DNA of 64,000 nt from Carcharhinus amblyrhynchos (taxonomy: Eukaryota): the NCBI GenBank assembly GCA_965287045.1, contig OZ336878.1:104346001-104410000 (forward strand), read 5' to 3'. Position numbers and translations under genes: made by a program. Below, in pieces: positions 13,578 through 27,500 of this stretch. Below the pieces are notes generated by a model. It ran no database searches, was not told the origin of the DNA, and saw only the letters and a program-made list of their open reading frames with translations. The stretch's first letter is position 1, and each line of letters opens with the position of its first letter.

Positions 13578-13670
13578 CTGCCGGCATTTGGCTGGAATTA
13601 TTTTCATCACTCGGTTCAGTTCCAATGTTGATGTATTCGTCAACAGGTGCCGCCATTTCAGAAGTAAGAA
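13578..13670 (-). CDS. Coding exon (VLTSEMAAPVDEYINIGTEPSDENNSSQMPA) of the unidentified gene; alternative in-frame donor at 13539
   Basis: Acceptor ttctattttgttttgcacag. Donors CAG|gtaatg (93 nt) and AAG|gtaatt (132 nt), both phase 1/1 and open. Confidence 0.6.
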
Positions 13671-14339
13671 CTGTGCAAAACAAAATAGAAACATTTTAGA
13701 CGCTTTAGTATAACGTTTTGGTTGTGATTCCTCTAATAAATTAAAAGTAATGAAGAGGTAAACCTAGCTATATTTCAAGCTGTTGTCAGTAACGTAACAT
13801 GGATGATATTGAATCAGATGTTTTGTGCAACTTTAAGGGAACTTCAACTTCGAACAATTCTTATGCTACAATAATAATCAGTCATCGTCTACGACTTTGA
13901 AATTTTGATGGGAGTTTTGAACTTGCTGTTCTCGAATGACTGAGATAAATTCCTATACAGTTTGCTAGATTCATGTTGTCAGAGAAATTGGATGCGGCCG
14001 TGGACTGAAAGTTCAGTTGTAGCAGTTGAGCCATTTATTATTTTTTCCCGCACTATTTTGCATTAAATTGGGAAAACACATCGTTTTATATGTCTAATGA
14101 ATGGTAGATGCTGTTTGCTTTGTACAAGAAAACTAGTAAAACATAATTAATTTCATTCCAAAAGCGATGATTGATTTTAGACTTTTTTCCCATAGCTGCT
14201 GCGATTAATTGACACCGCTAGAATTCTAAATTTTTGGCAGCTTTCGAGTTCAAATAAAACGTGTTTGCGAACTGATTTTCGAGTTCTTGCAATGATTTAA
14301 ACACCTGATAATCGATTAAGTTCTACATGCTAAAATAGA

Positions 14340-14585
14340 AAAATATTGCAGAGGCTGGGCATATAAAACAAAAATAGACAATGATGGAATAGCTCAGCAG
14401 CTCTGGCAGCAGCTACGAGAGAGAAAAAAAGAGAAAAATATTTTGTATGCTTACGACTAGTCTTCAGAGAAAAAAAACAGAGTTTCTGCACGTGAGTAAT
14501 ATGCAATCAAAACATTAACTCTATCACTTTGCCCACGGTTGTTGCCAGGTCTCCCGAGAGCTTCCAGCAGTTTCTGCTTTCGTAT
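14340..14585. repeat. Inverted-repeat (hairpin) interspersed element, possibly Penelope-derived
   Basis: Left arm ggaatagctcagcagctctggcagcagc...gagagag, imperfect right arm ttgccaggtctcccgagagcttccagcag. Same family as 43915-44125. Confidence 0.5.
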
Positions 14586-15926
14586 GATTTATTTCGCTGT
14601 CTCTTTTAGTTTCCACTGCACACATCACTAAATAAAAGCAAGCAAAATCCAAAGCTATTTAACTATTAGCTGTTTATCCTATTCAATAAAGTCAAAGCAA
14701 CTCCCAAATTACAGACTCTAAATGTTGCATGATATTTGCAGTATCATAATTGTCTTCCTTCTATAATCGATTATCATTAATCCAACAATTCCATATGCAG
14801 GTCATCCGATTTTATGGACTGTATTTGTAGTTTTAATTTTTTATTGAGCTCAGCACTGAATTATTAGATGCATTGAATCATTTTCAATCAAAAGTAAACG
14901 CTCCAGGATATAATTTCATTCAAAACCCATTTTTTGATAGCATTTTGAGCAAACATTTTTTAACAAACTTGGACGAGCCAACATGGAATAGGATCAATGA
15001 AGCAGTTTATGCCAAAATCTCCAAATCCTTGGTACTACAAGTACAATAGGCTGATTGGGAATTCCACGCAGAAAGGTATCACAAAAGTAAGTTTCCGATT
15101 TTGTTTTGATTTATAAAAGGAAAGGGCATGAAGGAATGGCTAAATTCTCTTCTGCTTCGTCTGGTTTCCCCTTCCAGAAAATCTACAACATCGTGGATGT
15201 ATTTTGATATGTTGTTTATTAGTATTAAAGTATCGGAGAAATTTTCCATAATAATGGATGCAATGTCATCATTTATGTTTTACGTATCATCTTTACATTT
15301 AAGATAAAATTATTACAGAAATATTAACCGAACATACCTCAATAATTCAAATGAGCTCCAGATTAAAAAGTGAGATGTCCGAATCTTTAAGACTTTAATC
15401 GTGAAAAGGCTGAAAGAAAATTGATTTCTCTGTAGTGATTCCTCAACTTAGCACTTTCTGGTACAAAACATTTCTTAATGTTGATGTAAGTGGCTTGTTT
15501 TCCTTTCCGGAAGGAAGCTTCTTTTTGTATCAAGTTACATATGAAAACATTCATGGTCGCTGTGTGACAATTGTTTCAAAAATTGCTGGCACGTTTCTTC
15601 CTCCTGTAATAGAAAATTGAAAATGCTGTCAGCGCAGTTTTAGTATCGGAGGAAAGTAGTCTTAATTTTCATTCGCTTGTGACATCCCAAAATATTCCAA
15701 ATCTAGTTCTCATTGCTTGTAGTGAACAATCATCAATGTTCTATTTTTCAAAAACCTTAATTTTCGGCTGACACTTGCTGTGCGCTATAGCACGACTGGA
15801 GTCCGATTTTAGGCTTGCCACAGCAAGCGAAAAGAAATTGACTACTTTTGCTGAGACTGCTTATATTTTGCTGCAGAAAATGAGGAAAACAATTTACCTA
15901 TTTCAGGTTGCTCCCAATTATCTTTA

Positions 15927-16720
15927 GAAGTGTGAGGTAATGCATTATGGAAGGTCGAATACAGTTAGGAAATATACAGTAAATGGCAGAAGCCTTAGGA
16001 AGATTGATAGGCAGAGGGATCTGGGTGTACATGTACACAAGTCAATGAAAGTGGCAATGCAGGTGGAGAAGATAGTCAAGAAGGCATACTGCATGCTTCC
16101 CTTCCTCAGTCGAGACATTGAGTTTAAAAATAGGGAAATCGTGTTGCAACTTTATAGAAACCTAGTTAGGCCGCACTTGGAATATAGTGTTCAATTCTGG
16201 TCGCCACACTACCCAAGGATGTGGAAGCTTTGGAGTGAGTACAGAAACGATTTACCAAGCTGTTGCCTGAGATGGAGGGCATTAGCTACGAGCGAAGGCT
16301 GGAGAAACTTAATTTGTTCTCACTGGAACGACGGAAGTTGAAGGTTGGAAACCTACAAGCATTTGGGGGGCATGGACAGGGTGGATAATCAGAAGCTATT
16401 TTCCAGAATGGAAGCGTCATTTACTAAGAACATAAGTTTAAGGTGGTTAAAAGGAATTGTACGCGGCAATGTTTTTAAAAAGAGGGTGGCTGGTGCCTGG
16501 AACTCACCGCTGGGGGAGGTAGTGGAAGCAGATATGATAGTGACTTTGAAGGGGCGTTTTCAGAAATACTTGAATAGGATGGGGATGGAGGGATATGGCC
16601 CCCGGAAGGGTAGGGGGCCATATCCCTCCATGCCATCTCCAGTTCAGTTGGGCAGCATTGTCTGTGCAGGCTGGAAGGGCCGAAGGCCTATTCCTGTGCT
16701 TATTTTTCTTTGTTCTTCAT
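15927..16720 (+). mobile_element. CR1/HER1 LINE 3' fragment
   Basis: ORF 15940-16341 RDLGVHVHKS...LYRNLVRPHLEYSVQFWSPHY. 3' tail gaagggccgaaggcc. Confidence 0.9.
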
Positions 16721-16888
16721 AAGTGAAAATCCATTTTGAAGTCACAAGTATTTACTCCATGCTTGTCGGATCGTTTCATCACGCCCCTTGACAAAGCCAT
16801 CTGATTTTTTTTTAGTGTTAAACGCAACAATTTGTTTTGATGTCAACGATATAAGTGTTATTGACCTAGTAATCATTCTTCCGATTAA

Positions 16889-17204
16889 ACATAGAATCAC
16901 AGAACCTTACAGTGCAGAAAGAGGCCATTTGGCCTATCGAGTCTGCACGGAACACAATCCCACCCAGGTCTTATCCCCGTAACACTATGACATTAACCCA
17001 GTCATTCCTGTGACACTAATGGGCAATTTAGCATGGTCAATCCACCATCTTTGGACTGTAAGAGGAAACGGGATCACCCGGAGCAAGCCCACGCAAACAC
17101 TGAGAGAATGTGCAAACTCTACACAGACAGTGAAAACCAAGCCAGGAATCAACTCCCTGGTGCTGTGAGGCGGCAGCGCTAATCACTGGGCCACCGTGCC
17201 GTCC
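16889..17204 (-). mobile_element. HE1-type SINE
   Basis: Reverse complement of HE1 core (acccacgcaaacac...gaatgtgcaaactc) and head (ccaccgtgccgtcc). Confidence 0.85.
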
Positions 17205-17589
17205 GAAGTTACAATAATTTCGATTAAAATACCAAGATAACCACATTGCTTTAACGTAACCAATCTTAAAATTAGCAGAAACGTGCCAACACAACTCAAA
17301 CATAAAAGAGTGCTCCTCCAAAAATTAAATTGTTAACGACATGAAATTAAACGCAAGAAGCACAAAGGTATGATCTAAAGCGAAAATCCAGGAAAGCAGT
17401 CATTGGTTGTTCCTTATTTCAAACATCTCCATTGTTACTAATTGTTAACTGAGTCTTCAGACACTTCACTTATTCCGTAATGGCACATAAAACTTTTGTT
17501 GTATAATACAATGTGGCTTCTAACACCTCCTCTTGTAATAATATCGAATGCTAACAAGCGGTGACGCTGTCACTAACTGACATTAAATT

Positions 17590-18780
17590 CAATCGTCTAT
17601 ACAAATTAAAATGTCAAATAGCACCTTGCATAAGTTTTCATCACACTCAATTGCTCTGTCTCTAAACGTACATGGCGTGTATCTGACGTTTCACTGGAAA
17701 ATAATACAGGCAAAATTGTCTTGGTTTATAGAAAAAAATGGGCCAGGGCGAATGGCCAATCTCTCTTTCACTTCATCAGGTTTTACCTTCCAGGATAGAT
17801 ACGACATCGTTATTGTTAGATTTGCAGTACTAACGTTCACTATTGTCGCCAGTACACTACAAGCCAGAATTTGAATAGTCAAACAGCGAAACCTTCACCT
17901 GCTCTGGAATTTGAGCAATCTCGCATCGGATGAACAACAGCCAACATAAACTGAGAGCAAATACCCGAGAGGGTTTGCGACAGGAGAAAGCTGCACAGAG
18001 ACCGTCGCTCAAACTCATGGACGCAAACATAATCAAGAATAAATAGCAATGCAAAGTCTTTAATTGACTTGAAGAAAGTTTTGTGACGCGGATCACAGGA
18101 GAACGGGCTTGCTGCGATTTAAAACATAGCCTGTAGACTACAGATGATCTGAAACTGAAGGAGCTTTCAACGCCGGGCACTAGTCAGGACTATATTGGAA
18201 TCAGTGCAGCCAAGGGTAACAAAAGGAAGATGAAAATTCCAACAGCCGAGCTGAGGCAAGGTCGAGGTTTGGCGATGCTACAGAGGTAGGCATGGCCAGC
18301 TTTTAAATGACATGAATGTGATTTCTGATGCTTATCACAAGTGGAACGGTGACACCAAGATTTCGATTTTGATAAATTTGGCAATGAAAATAAAAGAATA
18401 ACGACGTTAACAACCATCCACCGTCAGTGGTAAATTAAATTTTTCAAACAAGGGGAGCAACATGGGCACGATAATCGACATTATTCTTGGAATCGACAGG
18501 AAGACAACTGGCAGCTTTCAGATGCAGAGCTGGTGCTCAACAACATACAGCAATAAAACAATTAGAATGTAATCTCCACATTCTTTCAGATGAAGGCCGA
18601 AAAAAGTTCAGTGGCAAAAAATGAACCAAGAAAATGACGAATCAGCAAATAATTCTGATACTGTGAACCAAGTTATTCTATGTTTATTTTAACCGATGAA
18701 AACAGAGTTGTTGCTTTCATGTTATTCCTCAGTTGAAAACGAAGGGATTTTCCCTGCTGCAGAATGCAAGTTTACGAATC
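17590..18780 (+). mobile_element. Probable decayed solo LTR
   Basis: Non-coding A-rich block whose composition and motifs resemble the LTR-like blocks at 24.8 and 30.1 kb. Termini not resolved. Confidence 0.3.
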
Positions 18781-18849
18781 TAAGTTTTATTGATGTGGAA
18801 ACCTGGCACATTTCCCAAATATTTGCCCTCTTTATGAGTTAACGACTTC

Positions 18850-20890
18850 TAGAAAGCTACTCGAGGATACAAGCAGACGTTTGTGTGGCCGGAATCTAGA
18901 CTCGATGATGGTGGTGCCAGGATCAAATTAAAGGGCATTCTTAAGGAGGATGGTGAGCAGCCTGAAGTCGTTGTACACCATAATATCAACGATACATAGA
19001 GAAAAAGGATGAGGCCCGGAAGTGTGAATATACAGTTAGGGATCAGGTTAAAGTACAGGACCTCGAGGATTGTAATTTCTGGACTACTGCAGGTGGCATG
19101 TGCTAACGAAGGTGTAAGAAGATTAAGAAAACGAATGTGTGTCTTGAGAGCTGGTGAAAGGGGCAGAGATTTACATTTGCGGATTATTGGGATAGGAACC
19201 TTCAAAAGTTGATTAGGGGAATCTGTTGGCGCACAAGGGGATGTCTGGTAAATTGGTGGTTTTCAAAATTCTATTATCCAGGGTCCAGCGTAGGGATATT
19301 CCATTGAGTGAAGAACAAGATTGATAGAAATAAGGAACCCTGGGTGTCTTGGAATATTGTGGCCCTCGTCAAAAATAAGAAGGAACTAGATGACATGCAG
19401 AGGCATGTGGGATCGAATGGACTGCTTGAAGAATATCAAGGGTATCGGAGCACAGTTAAGAGATAAACCAAGAGGGCAAAAAGGATTCACCATATTGCTT
19501 TGACAGATAAGGTGAAGTAGAATCCAAAGATCTTCTACAAATATATAATGGGCAAATGAATAACTAGGCGAAGAATATTTCCTTTTAATAATCAATAAGG
19601 TTACCTATATGCGGGATTCATAAGAGATGGATGAGATCGTAAATGAACATTTTTCATCAATATGTATTGTTTTGAAATGCATTGCTCTTAGGAAACCTTT
19701 GGAAATAAATAATCATATTTTGAGGAAAGCGCATGTTACAGAGAAGGAAGTGTTGTAAGTCTCGAAGCGCATCAAGGTAGATAAATCCGCGGGACTTGTT
19801 GAAGTGTATCTCAGGACATTGTTGGAGACTGGGGAGGAAATTTCGAGTCCGTCAGCAGAGATATTTGAAACACCAGCAGCCACTATTGAGGTGCCTGAAG
19901 ATTGGAGGTGGAAAATGCTGAGCCTTTAGTTAAGAAGGACTGCCCGGAAAAGCTTGGGAACTACACGCCTGAAGTCTGTAATGGGTAAATTGTTGGGAGG
20001 TATTCTGAGAAACAATATCTATATACATTTAGAGAGGCAAAGGCTGCTTAGGGACAGTCAGCTTGGCTTTGCGTATGGATGATCAGCTGTCCTGAATTCA
20101 ATTGAGTTTTTCGAAGGGGTAATCAAGAAGGTAGATGAAGACAGTACAGTCGATGTTGTCTATATGGGCTAAAGCAAGTCTTGCAAGGTACCGCAGGGTA
20201 AGTTGTTTCATCAGGTTAAACCTCATGGGATCCAGGGTGACATAGGCAATTGAATGCAAAATTGCCTTGATTATAGAAGACACAATGTGTTTGTAGACTG
20301 TTGGTTTTAAACTCAAGGCCTGTCACCAGTGGTATGCCTCAAAGACCTGCTCTTTTTTGCCATTAAATCAATGATTTGGATGGGAATTGAGGAGGCGTGC
20401 TTAGTAAGTTTACAGATAACACCAGGATTTCAGAAATGCTACCGGGACTTGATAGTTTGAGTAGGACAGGCTGGATAGTCGAAGACTTTTTTGCCTGGAG
20501 TGTAGGAGAATTAGCAGTGATCATTATAGGGGTCTATAAATTAATGAGGATCATAGAAGAGATAGATAATCAACATCGTTCCCCAACAGAAGTGGTGTCT
20601 AAATCTAGAGGGCATAGGTTTAAGGTGAGGGTGGAGAGCTACAAACGTGTCCAGGAGGCATATTTTTCGCACAGAGAGCTGTGAGTGCCTCGAACGAGTA
20701 GCCAGAGGTAGTAGTGGAGACCGGTATAATTTTGTCTTTAAAAAAATATTTAGACAGTTACATAGGTAAGACTTGTATAGAGGTATATGGGTCAAATGCG
20801 GGCTATCAGGATTAGCTTAATGGTTAAAAACTAGGGGGCACGGACAAGTTGAGCCGAAGAGCCGGTGTACATATTGTTCGTCTCTATGAC
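18850..20890 (+). mobile_element. CR1 LINE, internally deleted (ORF1 esterase-like part plus ORF2 remnants)
   Basis: ILKEDGEQPEVVVH and LKYRTSRIVISGLL (CR1 ORF1 SGNH/esterase-like). RT remnants and SKSRGHRFKVR near the 3' end. Confidence 0.8.
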
Positions 20891-21354
20891 TCTACTTTTG
20901 CATTGTTAATCTAGGAGGAATTCGATTGGATCATTTTTCCCCTGAGCAGAAGAAATATAATTTTAGTGATTAATATTCTCCGTTCTGCCTTCGGACCGTT
21001 AACCCACCGGCCCCCCATCTACTTGAAAAGTCAAAGGGCGGGAAGCCTTAGTTCCGCAGAGAGAAGTTCAGAGATCTCAGCGAGGTTATTACGCTTGAGT
21101 TCCCTTTTTCTGTCGATTCGCTCTCACCTGCTTGTGATTGGATTGCTTTTTTTTCTTTTTAGGTCCGATAGCAGCAATTTAGGGACATTTAAATGATGCA
21201 CGAATAGGATGAGAATGGAACGATATGGACTAACAAAGTGCATATGATTTTAGTTTCGGCAGGCATCATGAACGGTGCAGGCTTGGAGGGCCGAAGGGCC
21301 TGTGCTATACTGTTCTTTGTTCTTTAGTTTACGCTCCTGTGGCCCCACCCGTAC

Positions 21355-21361
21355 CTGGCAT
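21355..21361 (-). CDS. Candidate start exon (ATG CCA G) of the unidentified gene
   Basis: Minus strand gatACCATGCCAG|gtacgg. Splicing to 13670 gives an open frame MP-VLTSEMAAPV. Confidence 0.45.
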
Positions 21362-21590
21362 GGTATCTGGCCTCTGATTCGTGCATCGCAGCTGAAAGTA
21401 CGGAGTCCACGACTATAAAGATTGGCAGGCAAGACTCTGAGGCGAAACTTCCTATCACGTGAAAATTTGACCTGATTCCTGTGCGCGATTACCCAATGAA
21501 CAGGGTCCAAAGATTAGACACCCCTGCCACACCCCCAACCCCCTTCGCACCCGGAGAAAGATGTCCCGATTTCGCCGAATGTTGCCATTG
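21362..21590 (-). promoter_or_regulatory. Candidate 5'UTR/promoter of the left-hand gene
   Basis: Non-repetitive CpG-rich patch with CCAAT boxes (21421 attgg, 21493 ccaat), ETS-like acttcc, E-box cacgtg (21456) and CACCC/C-rich tracts upstream of the ATG exon. Confidence 0.4.
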
Positions 21591-22539
21591 TTTTTTCATG
21601 CACATTCCATGGATGAAATTAGAGTTGCATTATGATGCCAAATGATGATGTTTTTTTCAGACGATATTTTTCACGATCTGTATGATGCTTAACTGACTGA
21701 TTGCAAAGATTGAATTTGGTGCTTTGCAGAAAATAAATTTGCTATTCAATATCTACTATCTTGCAGTACCAGTCAAGATAACTATTCTTTTATGCATTTA
21801 TATTAGAATCATGCGCATTTAACTCCTGCCGTAATTAAATGCATGTTGTTGTTGTGATTTTTTTCAGACTAAGAACAAGTCAGCTCAAGCAGCTAAAATG
21901 TGTTATTTTGCACGATCCCGTGGATACGGACTGGATATCACTGAAATGCATAGAATTTTGACATGGCTGGACAGATTGGATGCGGAAGTACTGTTTCCTT
22001 TGATTTGGGATCTGGAATATTGGATGATTGTCTTAGGGTACAGGGTCGACCTTTTAGGGCTGAAATGCAGAAGAAGTTCCTTGCTCAATAGGTGACGTAC
22101 TGTGATGAGATCGAGAGTGGAGTACTAGTCACTGAATGTCGACAAAAAGAAATAGATTTCCAGATGCTGCCGGGAACCAGGGGATACGCTGAGACAATGA
22201 GACTACGGCGTTGACATGGAGGATCGGCTTTGATTATACTCAATAGTCGAACAGTCTGGATGAACTTAATTGTCAACTGCAGCTCCCACTTGCTGTATCT
22301 CCATGATTAGTCTGAGCTCCATTCGCTAACTTTGATCCTATCCAAGAAAATATTACATGCTCACGAAATTTTATTTTCAGACCTTGCCGTCAGTCTGCAT
22401 ATATTAATCTGAACATATTTCTTAGTCGATAACGTGGAAAGGTAGTTAGGTTGGTTATCGTCCTGTATCATTTATGTTTAGAAAAAAAAGACTTGTTTTC
22501 ACATTGGTTTTTATGTCTACGAATAAACAAGTAGTCAAA

Positions 22540-24030
22540 TTAATTTTAATTTGATTCATTATTGTCACGTGTATTGACACAGAGAAAAGTCTTGTTTCTG
22601 CAGTGCTTTAAAGACAACAGATACCGTTCTTAAGTGCAGAATATAGTGTTACAGTCATAGCTAGAGCGTTGAGAAAGATCAACTTAATGCAAAGTAAATC
22701 GATTCCAAAGTTTGATGGCAACAGGGGAGAAGCTGTCCTTTTGTCGTCGGTACGAAAAGGTGGAAAAGAGACTGTCGGGGGTGCGTGGGGTCCTTAATTA
22801 TGATGACTGCTTTGCCGAGGCAGAGGGGAGCGTAGACAGGGTCAATGGATGAGAGGCTGGTTTGCGTGATACATTGGACTACATACACGACATTCTGTAG
22901 TTTCCTGCGGTCTTGAGCAGAGCAGGAGCCCTTTCAAGCTGTGATGCAACCAGAAAAAATGCTTTCTATGGCGCTTCTGTGAAATTTGGCGACAGTCGAG
23001 CTGACACATTTCCTTAGTCTTCTGATAAAATAGAGACGCTGGTGGGCTTTCTTACCTATAGTGTAGCCAAGAGGGTTGGGGGGGGGGGGGTGGGGGGAGT
23101 GGGTACCCGGAAAAGTTGTTGGCAAACTAGACACCTAAAACTTGAAGATCTCGACCTTTTCTACTTCGTCCCCGTTGTAGAAGGGGCATGTTCTCCTCTG
23201 TGCTTCCTGAAACCGACGACAATCTCCTTCACTTTGCTGACGTTGTGGGGGAAATTATTGTTGCTGCACCAGTTCATCAGCTTCTCTATCTCAATCCTGT
23301 ACTCTCTCTCGTCATTGTTTGAGATTCGACCCACGTCGGTGTCATCAGTAAACTTGAAAATCGAGTTGGAGGGGAATTTGGTCACACAGTCATAGGTGTA
23401 TAAGTAGTATAGTCAGGGTTTGCGAACAGAGCCTTGTGGGGCACCGGTGTTGGGGATGATCGTGGAGGAGACGTTGTGGCCTATCCTCCCTGATTGTGAT
23501 CCGTGGGTTCAGAAGTTCAGGATCGAGTCGCAGAGGGAGGACCAGAGGCCCAGGCCACGGAGTTTGGAGATGAGGTTTGTAGGAACATGGGTGTTGAAGG
23601 CAGAAATATAGTTAATAAATAGGAGTCTGACAAAGGTGCCTTTGTTATCTTGGTGTTCTAGGGTTGAATGCAGGCCAAGGAGATAACGTATGCTATGGAC
23701 CTGTTTCAGCTATTGGCGAACACTAGAGGATCCAAGAAATTCGGGTAATGGAATTGATTCGTGCCATGACTAGCCTTTCGAAGCACTTGATAATGATGTC
23801 AGAGCAACTGGAGGATAGTCATTGAGGCATGCTGCTTGGCTTTTCCTTGGTATTGGGATGATTGTTGTCTTCAGGAAGCAGATAGGGACCTCAAATCGTT
23901 GTAAAGAGAGGGTGAAGATGTCTGTGAATATCCCTAGCAGATTATCCACGCAGGATCTGAATGGTCGTCCGTGTACCCCAACAGGGCCAGTCGCTTTCTG
24001 TGGGATGACTTTCGAGAAAGCTGCTCTGAC
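22540..24030 (-). mobile_element. Rex1/Babar-type LINE fragment
   Basis: ORF 23161-23385 IFKFTDDTDVGRISNNDEREYR...WCSNNN..NVSKVKE, and 22934-23134 KKAHQRLYFIRRLRK...IESIFSGCITA. Same family as 1-555. Confidence 0.85.
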
Positions 24031-24599
24031 ATCACACTGAAAATAATGCTGCTACAACGGCAAAAATCTTAAATTGTTGCATTCTTTAATGCACTTATTT
24101 ATAAGCAGCGCTAAGCACACATTTGGACAATATTTTCTCGCATGCTATTTCGTATGGTCCGAGTTTGGATTTGTATCCAAAGTAGATTAGTATTCAGATG
24201 TGGATATTCAAAGTGATTGTTAGGAGGGTTTCTCAGATAGAAGAATATACATGCAAACGAATGCGTTTACACCAGGGATGGTTCGGTGTTTATTTTGTAA
24301 CCCTGATTGGCTTACAATTGTACTAAGGAAAAATGAAGTAATGGCTATGAGTGCTAATTTTGTATGGTTTTGCAAATGAGCCTATGTTAGGAATTGAATC
24401 TAAATTGTTCGAGCATTCATTGGCATGTGTTCGTCAGCAGGATTGAATTACTCTTCTGGTCAGCAGTGAAAGCAAAATTAAATAACACAATCATGAAATA
24501 TTGTGTTTTGAACTGCATCATGATTTTCACATCATGAAAGCTAATTAAACTTTCCTTCAAGCTCCCAGGAAAATAGGAGTGTCAGGAACACAGTCAGTT

Positions 24600-27500
24600 C
24601 TAAGGACTTTATTATTGAATAGGTAAACATTAACATATAATGTATAGCTTACGTAGGTTTACTGCAACGCTTCTGTGCTTACAAGGAAGCTGCGATCAGT
24701 TTTCAGGCGGGGCAAAATACGTTGGTCCCTTTGGGGGTTTAATTCCAATTTCCAATAGAGATTTTATTGTATTCGAAATCCTTGGAATACAGACTCACAA
24801 GCTCACCTAGCAATCTGTGGGCAATACAGACACTTCCATTTTTCTCAGAACCTGCAGAAAAAATGCAATCAGTTCAGTTGTGGCTGAGCTGGAGACTGGA
24901 AAGGAGATACGATGTATCTCTCAGATCGACTCGAAGATGATACCTCATGACGGATTAAGAGTTTCAGGCTGCCAGGGAGAGACTTCCACAGACAGCACCA
25001 GTACGGAACTCGTGGACGTTTCTGAGGGCATTTCACAACATTTGAAATTGAGTCATCAGAAGCTTTGAGAACAGACTTCTGGTCTGCGAATGAGAACATT
25101 TTAGGATCGATCGATTTGTGAAAGACTTGGATAATTGTTTGATTGCCAGCAGTGGAAAAAAATGTAAAGTCTTTGCTGAAATCAAATTTGTGATTTATTG
25201 CGGTCTACCTGTGTGTAAGTTTTCAGGTAAATGAGGAGAAGAAGAATATTTCATTACATCCATATATTTGAATTTGCATGTTTTATTTTGTTTGTTAAAA
25301 AACATCTAGTCCCGTGACTCAGTTTGCTCCACGTTGGACAAAACCAAAAATAAAAATAATATTCGCGATATCTTTTGAACAAAATTTTCATCCTGGGATC
25401 TTCCTGCCCAGTCATTATAACAAACGTGATTTAAACAAAACTTAGGGACCCATCGTTCGGCATATGAAAACTTGGGGTAGGTTTATTGGATGCTTATTAT
25501 TCAGAATGTTGTGGGAAACTCTGAAACATGGTTAACCAGTTAATGAATGCTAAATAGTAAGATGTAATTTGGAGCATTTCTTGGCAATTGCCGGAATCTG
25601 TAAAAGTTAATTATCAAATTATTATGTTTCCCCACTTAAACCAGAGGTATGGAGGTATTCGTCAAGAGAAGGGAGTTACCATGATATATACTCTCCAAAT
25701 TAGAATTCAAAATGGCATTGGAAATCGCTAAACATTTCTTAAGTGTGCAAGGTGTAAGTCTATGGGGTTTCCAGCAAGTAACTAAAATTCAGTTGGCTAA
25801 ACTGGCAGAAAAAATGTTATTAGGAGTACTTGCAGGGATCAGGAAAGCTGAGGTTATGGACATTCGAGGGAAAAATGTAAATTTGGAATGGTTGCTTGTT
25901 AAAACAAATATGGTGAGTAGTGAGTTAAAGCAACCAGCTAAGCTTCAAACAAGAAGAGATATGGTAATTAAAAACTTAGATATGGAGGAAATGGATGGGG
26001 AAGAAGAGGTAAGAGAAAGGAAAATAACTTTTCAACGGGAACGGGAGGAAAGAGAGAGTGAAAACGGAAAAAAAGCGAGAGGCAGTTTTAAAGGGAAAGG
26101 GAATAAGTTGCACGGGAAGGGAGAGAGAGAGAGAAAGAAAGAGAAAGTTCCAACAGGCATCAGAAAGTTAAAGACTAGAGGAGACGGCAGAGGATGTTGG
26201 CTCTGGACAGAAAATTATGGTAGAGATGCTCGGATACGTGCACACTCTTCCCAAATTCGATGAACGAGCTTGTGAGACATTGTTCTGTGCATTTGAGAAA
26301 ATAGGCCAGACAAAATTTTGACATTAATTTTACAAAGTCGATTGGAAGCTACAGCTAATGAAGTACGTGCATCTTCGTTGGTTCCGGGAATTCAGCATTA
26401 AATCGTGTCTAGGAGGTTGTTCCTGAGGCAGGCAGATAGAAATGTGCGAAAACAAGGGAAAACCTGAACAACCTGATGTTATGTTAGCGAAAGTAACACA
26501 AGATAGTTTCCACCATTGGATATGGGCATTAAGGCTACAGGAACAATGGAAAACCCGGAAAGACGTGATCATTTTAGAATAATTTAAAAATTCTCTCCCT
26601 CTGATTATTAGGGAGCACTTTGAGCACAGAATGCAGAATGCAGCTAGACAGGCATTAGAATGAGCAGGCAGTTATGAATTGGCCAATTGAACCAAACCTT
26701 GTTTCAGTTATTCTTTTAAATAAGAGAAGGATAGGAAGTGGGAAGGAAAGGAATAAAACAAATGTTAAAGAAAGAAATTGAGCAGTTGGACAGGGACAGG
26801 CAATTCACCTCAGATCAAAACATTAGGTGCTAAGAAAGGAAATGACATTCGGAGGCCTGAATGTTTCTATTGCAGCAAAATAGAACTTATAATGAGAGAT
26901 AATTCGGAATTAAGTGGAAGAAACATTTGCAGTCGTGGGAACGGAAGCTCCAGAGGAAAAAGAAAACTGGCACATGTACAGTAGTGGTGCAGCTGAAACG
27001 TACTCCTTCAGAGTCAGTGACAAAACAGGTAACTTTACAAGATAGATCAGAACATTATCTGATAAAACAAGTTAAGTAAATCGGGCTATTGGAATATTTG
27101 AATGCTTTGTCTCAAAGCACGGAATTTCCCCTGCCTCATGTAACAAAAAGAATAAACAAAAAAACTAAACAACATAAAGTTTTGAGATGTACAGGAGTAA
27201 ATGAATCATTGATGATAGCTAATGATATAGTTTGTATTCCGGGAAGATCCATGAGGGGAAAACATGAGAAAGAGGAATTAATTGAAGAGAAGAACATGTT
27301 TCTTCTTATAAATTTAAGATTTATAAGAAGATTGTGAATGGAATTGCTACTGTTGGAATTATTACTAAGTTATTGACGGAAGAAATAGATTTCATCCTGG
27401 ACAAATATCTGGATTATGGGCACTCTCATATGAGGGCCACTGAATTACAACCTACTGCGGAGAAAAAATGAGACACATTTTGAACGTAACAAACAAATTA

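Noticed and set aside
25712-26263. Longest ORF (183 aa) as a host gene
   Set aside because: It is the decayed gag N-terminus and coiled coil of the Gmr1-like LTR element.
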